Assembly (NCBI GenBank): GCA_019828565.1
Contig: JAHDYR010000015.1
Coordinates: forward strand, 568,240 to 632,239
Direction of reading: 5' to 3'
Source of the DNA: Carpediemonas membranifera BICM
Lineage: Eukaryota; Protista; Fornicata
Length of the DNA: 64,000 nt
This document shows positions 60,601 to 64,000 of this stretch, piece by piece. Positions within the stretch are counted from its first letter, which is position 1, and every line of letters begins with the position of its first letter. The notes under the pieces are model-generated. The model saw nothing but the letters and a program-made list of their open reading frames with translations. It was not told where the DNA came from and ran no database searches. The position numbers and the translations under genes were made by a program.

Positions 60601-63600
60601 TGGCACACGGGGTCGGGCTAGTTCGAGCACCGCCTGCAGGAACGAAGTAGCCCGGCTGGGCCTCGATGCATGCAGTCTGCAGCGGTACGGTGCTGTACCA
60701 GCCGCTGTGGCAGGCGATCTGTGCCGTGCCGCCCTGGTTGGGGACATGGTAGCCTGCTTCGGCCTCAGAGCACCCAGAGGACCCAGCGCTGCTGGTGTAG
60801 GTGCCCGCAACACACTGAAGCTGCGATTCGTGGGCATCACCGTCCGCCGGAACATAATAGCCGGCATCTGCGGCAACGCAGGTGGATTGCATGGCGTTTG
60901 GCTGGTAGCTTCCATTGTCACAGTTGGTGCAGCTGGAGGCCCCACCTTCTGAGAACGTTCCAGCCTCGCAGCCGAGCTGTGTGGCGTGGATGTCGTCGTC
61001 ATCAGGTACATAATGACCACCATCGGCAATCAGACAAGACGACTGCGCCTTGTCAGGCTGGTACTTGCCGTTGTTACACTTGATGCAGGTAGACGCGCCG
61101 GCCTCCGAGTATGTGCCCGCGGGGCAGTCCTCCTGGCCTGACTGGTCGCTGTTCGTCTTGTGGCCCGCCGTCGCCTGGGTGCAGCTGGACTGGCCGGTGC
61201 CGGCATACTCGCCTGCGTCGCACGGCTCCTGCGCGGTGTGTGGCGTGTCGACGTTCTCGACGTAGTGACCCACGCTCGACGTCGTGCAGGACGGCGATGC
61301 GGCAGAATCGCTGTATTCGCCGTTGAAGCAGTTCGTGCAGGACGAGGCGCCTGCGTTCGAGAAGGTGCCAGCTGGGCATGGCTCCTGACCGGATTGGTCT
61401 CCCTTCGTCTTGTAGCCAGCAGTCGCGGTCGTGCAGCCGCTGGCGCCGTCCACCGACCACTTGCCAGTGGCGCAGTCGTCTTGGGTCGCGTGCGGCTGGT
61501 TGTCGTCGAGGACGAAGTGGCCGGCGTCGGCCTCGACGCAGGTGGCCTTGCCGGTGGCAGGCTGGTAGTGGCCGTTGTCGCAGACATACTGGGTCGTGTG
61601 CGCGTCGCCGTCATTCGGGACGTAGTAGCCGGCGGCTGCGGTGTCGCACGAGGCTTGCGCGGGGTCGGGTTGGTACTTGCCGTTGTTACACTTGATGCAG
61701 ACAGCGGCGAGCGCACTGGAGTAGGTGCCTGCCGCGCAGTCCTCCTGGGCTATGTGGGCGTCGTTGTCGTCGGGAACGAAGTGGCCGGGGGTCGCATCAA
61801 GGCAGGTCGACTGCACGCTGTTCGGCTGGTACTTGCCGTTGTTGCACTTGATGCAGGTAGACGCGCCGGCCTCCGAGTATGTGCCTGCGGGGCAGTCCTC
61901 CTGGCCTGACTGGTCGCTGTTCGTCTTGTGGCCCGCCGTCGCCTGGGTGCAGCTGGACTGGCCGGTGCCGGCATACTCGCCTGCGTCGCACGGCTCCTGC
62001 GCGGTGTGCGGCGTGTCGACGTTCTCGACGTAGTGACCCACGCTCGACGTCGTGCATGACGGCGATGCGGCAGAATCGCTGTATTCGCCGTTGAAGCAGT
62101 TCGTGCAGGACGAAGCGCCTGCGTTCGAGAAGGTGCCAGCTGGGCATGGCTCCTGACCGGATTGGTCTCCCTTCGTCTTGTAGCCAGCAGTCGCGGTCGT
62201 GCAGCCGCTGGCGCCGTCCACCGACCACTTGCCAGTGGCGCAGTCGTCTTGGGTCGCGTGCGGCTGGTTGTCGTCGAGGACGAAGTGGCCGGCGTCGGCC
62301 TCGACGCAGGTGGCCTTGCCGGTGGCAGGCTGGTAGTGGCCGTTGTCGCAGACATACTGGGTCGTGTGCGCGTCGCCGTCATTCGGGACGTAGTAGCCGG
62401 CGGCTGCGGTGTCGCACGAGGCCTGCGCGGGGTCGGGTTGGTACTTGCCGTTGTTACACTTGATGCAGACAGCGGCGAGCGCACTGGAGTAGGTGCCTGC
62501 CGCGCAGTCCTCCTGGGCTATGTGGGCGTCGTTGTCGTCGGGAACGAAGTGGCCGGGGGTCGCATCAAGGCAGGTCGACTGCACACTGTTCGGCTGGTAC
62601 TTGCCGTTGTTACACTTGATGCAGGTAGACGCGCCGGCCTCCGAGTATGTGCCTGCGGGGCAGTCCTCCTGGCCTGACTGGTCGCTGTTCGTCTTGTGGC
62701 CCGCCGTCGCCTGGGTGCAGCTGGACTGGCCGGTGCCGGCATACTCGCCTGCGTCGCACGGCTCCTGCGCGGTGTGCGGCGTGTCGACGTTCTCGACGTA
62801 GTGACCCACGCTCGACGTCGTGCAGGACGGCGATGCGGCAGAATCGCTGTATTCGCCGTTGAAGCAGTTCGTGCAGGACGAGGCGCCTGCGTTCGAGAAG
62901 GTGCCAGCTGGGCATGGCTCCTGACCGGATTGGTCTCCCTTCGTCTTGTAGCCAGCAGTCGCGGTCGTGCAGCCGCTGGCGCCGTCCACCGACCACTTGC
63001 CAGTGGCGCAGTCGTCTTGGGTTGCGTGCGGCTGGTTGTCGTCGAGGACGAAGTGGCCGGCGTCGGCCTCGACGCAGGTGGCCTTGCCGGTGGCAGGCTG
63101 GTAGTGGCCGTTGTCGCAGACATACTGGGTCGTGTGCGCGTCGCCGTCATTCGGGACGTAGTAGCCGGCGGCTGCGGTGTCGCACGAGGCCTGCGCGGGG
63201 TCGGGTTGGTACTTGCCGTTGTTACACTTGATGCAGACAGCGGCGAGCGCACTGGAGTAGGTGCCTGCCGCGCAGTCCTCCTGGGCTATGTGGGCGTCGT
63301 TGTCGTCGGGAACGAAGTGGCCGGGGGTCGCATCAAGGCAGGTCGACTGCACACTGTTCGGCTGGTACTTGCCGTTGTTGCACTTGATGCAGGTAGACGC
63401 GCCGGCCTCCGAGTATGTGCCCGCGGGGCAGTCCTCCTGGCCTGACTGGTCGCTGTTCGTCTTGTGGCCCGCCGTCGCCTGGGTGCAGCTGGACTGGCCG
63501 GTGCCGGCATACTCGCCTGCGTCGCACGGCTCCTGCGCGGTGTGTGGCGTGTCGACGTTCTCGACGTAGTGACCCACGCTCGACGTCGTGCAGGACGGCG

Positions 63601-64000
63601 ATGCGGCAGAATCGCTGTATTCGCCGTTGAAGCAGTTCGTGCAGGACGAGGCGCCTGCGTTCGAGAAGGTGCCAGCTGGGCATGGCTCCTGACCGGATTG
63701 GTCTCCCTTCGTCTTGTAGCCAGCAGTCGCGGTCGTGCAGCCGCTGGCGCCGTCCACCGACCACTTGCCAGTGGCGCAGTCGTCTTGGGTCGCGTGCGGC
63801 TGGTTGTCGTCGAGGACGAAGTGGCCGGCGTCGGCCTCGACGCAGGTGGCCTTGCCGGTGGCAGGCTGGTAGTGGCCGTTGTCGCAGACATACTGGGTCG
63901 TGTGCGCGTCGCCGTCATTCGGGACGTAGTAGCCGGCGGCTGCGGTGTCGCACGAGGCTTGCGCGGGGTCGGGTTGGTACTTGCCGTTGTTACACTTGAT
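57632..64000 (-). CDS. Cys-rich surface membrane protein (CPAGTY / GCC2-GCC3-like repeats), 5' end outside the window
   Basis: Repeated CxAGxY/CxxC units, TM segment near 58040-58160, Pro/Ser-rich tail. Confidence 0.88.
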   Translation of the reverse strand: MKCNNGKYQPDPAQASCDTAAAGYYVPNDGDAHTTQYVCDNGHYQPATGKATCVEADAGHFVLDDNQPHATQDDCATGKWSVDGASGCTTATAGYKTKGDQSGQEPCPAGTFSNAGASSCTNCFNGEYSDSAASPSCTTSSVGHYVENVDTPHTAQEPCDAGEYAGTGQSSCTQATAGHKTNSDQSGQEDCPAGTYSEAGASTCIKCNNGKYQPNSVQSTCLDATPGHFVPDDNDAHIAQEDCAAGTYSSALAAVCIKCNNGKYQPDPAQASCDTAAAGYYVPNDGDAHTTQYVCDNGHYQPATGKATCVEADAGHFVLDDNQPHATQDDCATGKWSVDGASGCTTATAGYKTKGDQSGQEPCPAGTFSNAGASSCTNCFNGEYSDSAASPSCTTSSVGHYVENVDTPHTAQEPCDAGEYAGTGQSSCTQATAGHKTNSDQSGQEDCPAGTYSEAGASTCIKCNNGKYQPNSVQSTCLDATPGHFVPDDNDAHIAQEDCAAGTYSSALAAVCIKCNNGKYQPDPAQASCDTAAAGYYVPNDGDAHTTQYVCDNGHYQPATGKATCVEADAGHFVLDDNQPHATQDDCATGKWSVDGASGCTTATAGYKTKGDQSGQEPCPAGTFSNAGASSCTNCFNGEYSDSAASPSCTTSSVGHYVENVDTPHTAQEPCDAGEYAGTGQSSCTQATAGHKTNSDQSGQEDCPAGTYSEAGASTCIKCNNGKYQPNSVQSTCLDATPGHFVPDDNDAHIAQEDCAAGTYSSALAAVCIKCNNGKYQPDPAQASCDTAAAGYYVPNDGDAHTTQYVCDNGHYQPATGKATCVEADAGHFVLDDNQPHATQDDCATGKWSVDGASGCTTATAGYKTKGDQSGQEPCPAGTFSNAGASSCTNCFNGEYSDSAASPSCTTSSVGHYVENVDTPHTAQEPCDAGEYAGTGQSSCTQATAGHKTNSDQSGQEDCPAGTYSEAGASTCIKCNNGKYQPDKAQSSCLIADGGHYVPDDDDIHATQLGCEAGTFSEGGASSCTNCDNGSYQPNAMQSTCVAADAGYYVPADGDAHESQLQCVAGTYTSSAGSSGCSEAEAGYHVPNQGGTAQIACHSGWYSTVPLQTACIEAQPGYFVPAGGARTSPTPCASGTFSAVVQSVACSSAAAGYYVADSDKTKQVVCDNGHYQPSTGQSSCVTTDAGFFTADDGQPHAAQDSCNPGTFAVAGSIECTAAEAGYYVLNTDQTQQYPCDGGYYQPNPGQAACVTSSPGYFTADDGIGHPDQTQCEPGSYQPDSGQSSCRACSSGYFNAAGATSDTCTRASAGYYVDDADKSQQKQCNNGKYQPAAAQTSCITASAGFYVPANGARSSQTPCQSGYYSSAGASQCTGSPAGFVPTSDRSDIEACPSGWYATAGSGSCTKARAAHHVNAARSGEEPCDTGYYSPGGQETCTAADAGYYVPAFDQSRQYPCMAGTYTASAAQSTCTAALAGNFVPDSTQSTQTPCPAGTCQPDEGMTSCESCEDGHYSGEGQATCAEAEAGHVPNSDRTEQVECNAGSYQPLAGQTSCSEADAGYYVPASGPQVGQTACESGHWSGAGASVCTEAEAGYYVPNSDKSTQVECKSGYYQPNTGQTSCVMASAGFFVQPTGAHTDQTPCPASTYQTAQGQSACIDIPAGYSAAADSEPTPCDDGKFSEGARECSSCPAMTSTPADGEPHTTCMLFISGTDSAAEAIAVNSSLISASLESASFGECECTIVQDGNVSFVVPVCEAEEGVISAGEYELTISFCGRTECDTILIESNIPVQPEIIISGTNLTASQSGSICPASFEVEAISWSAALCSVTPLNSTTIECTSTGAIDTADIGAFAPFLTSAVGLSLDSDGVTDLCIALTGARFGSTELISIQLDGTEAANLALVDGMVCTSVHGHSSFSSIIRAVAVDVFSGPTLLVHFDATGNDSGDPSAVLIAVGAAIPIFCVVVCTIFVLFVVVAAVVVVFVAAVPGVVIVSKNKKGSTPSSPPSVLPVLPQSLGSSPKLPAMLPPLGKPGASTMPSISLNLPSASTSPLVASRQRSLAPLSSLSSAASSLNSPHNVVPVLPKTPRPLPGLLGDERHHLSSRVPPVLPRLPGIPRIQSNLLE
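61056..64000. repeat. Tandem 768-bp (256-aa) near-identical repeats, ~3.8 copies visible
   Basis: Same sequence recurs at 61378, 62146, 62914 and 63682. Confidence 0.95.

Noticed and set aside
61056-64000. CRISPR-like or noncoding array
   Set aside because: The repeats are in-frame coding units without spacers.

Overview
Eukaryotic, GC-rich, intron-poor protist DNA using the standard code. A fornicate or Carpediemonas-like origin is my inference only. About 1-28.3 kb is a solid block of nested retrotransposons: two DIRS/Ngaro-type tyrosine-recombinase elements and about seven chromodomain-bearing Ty3/Gypsy elements, plus a solo LTR. The nesting can be reconstructed from LTRs and target-site duplications. 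The Gypsy elements have very short LTRs (57-102 bp). All four visible 5' LTRs are followed by a 12-bp palindrome instead of a tRNA primer-binding site, which suggests a tRNA-independent priming system. One element carries an intact antisense extra ORF with a chromodomain-like C-terminus. About 29-64 kb holds host genes: PGDH-like dehydrogenase, NAD kinase, P4-ATPase flippase, TRAPPC8, a membrane protein, alpha-tubulin, a coiled-coil protein, a BEACH-family N-terminal-like giant protein, and a Cys-rich surface protein with 768-bp repeats. This half also contains a Fanzor1-type RNA-guided nuclease locus at about 40.6-43.0 kb with an intact RuvC D-E-D triad, next to an RLE-type endonuclease remnant. 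All calls come from reading motifs by eye; no searches were run.
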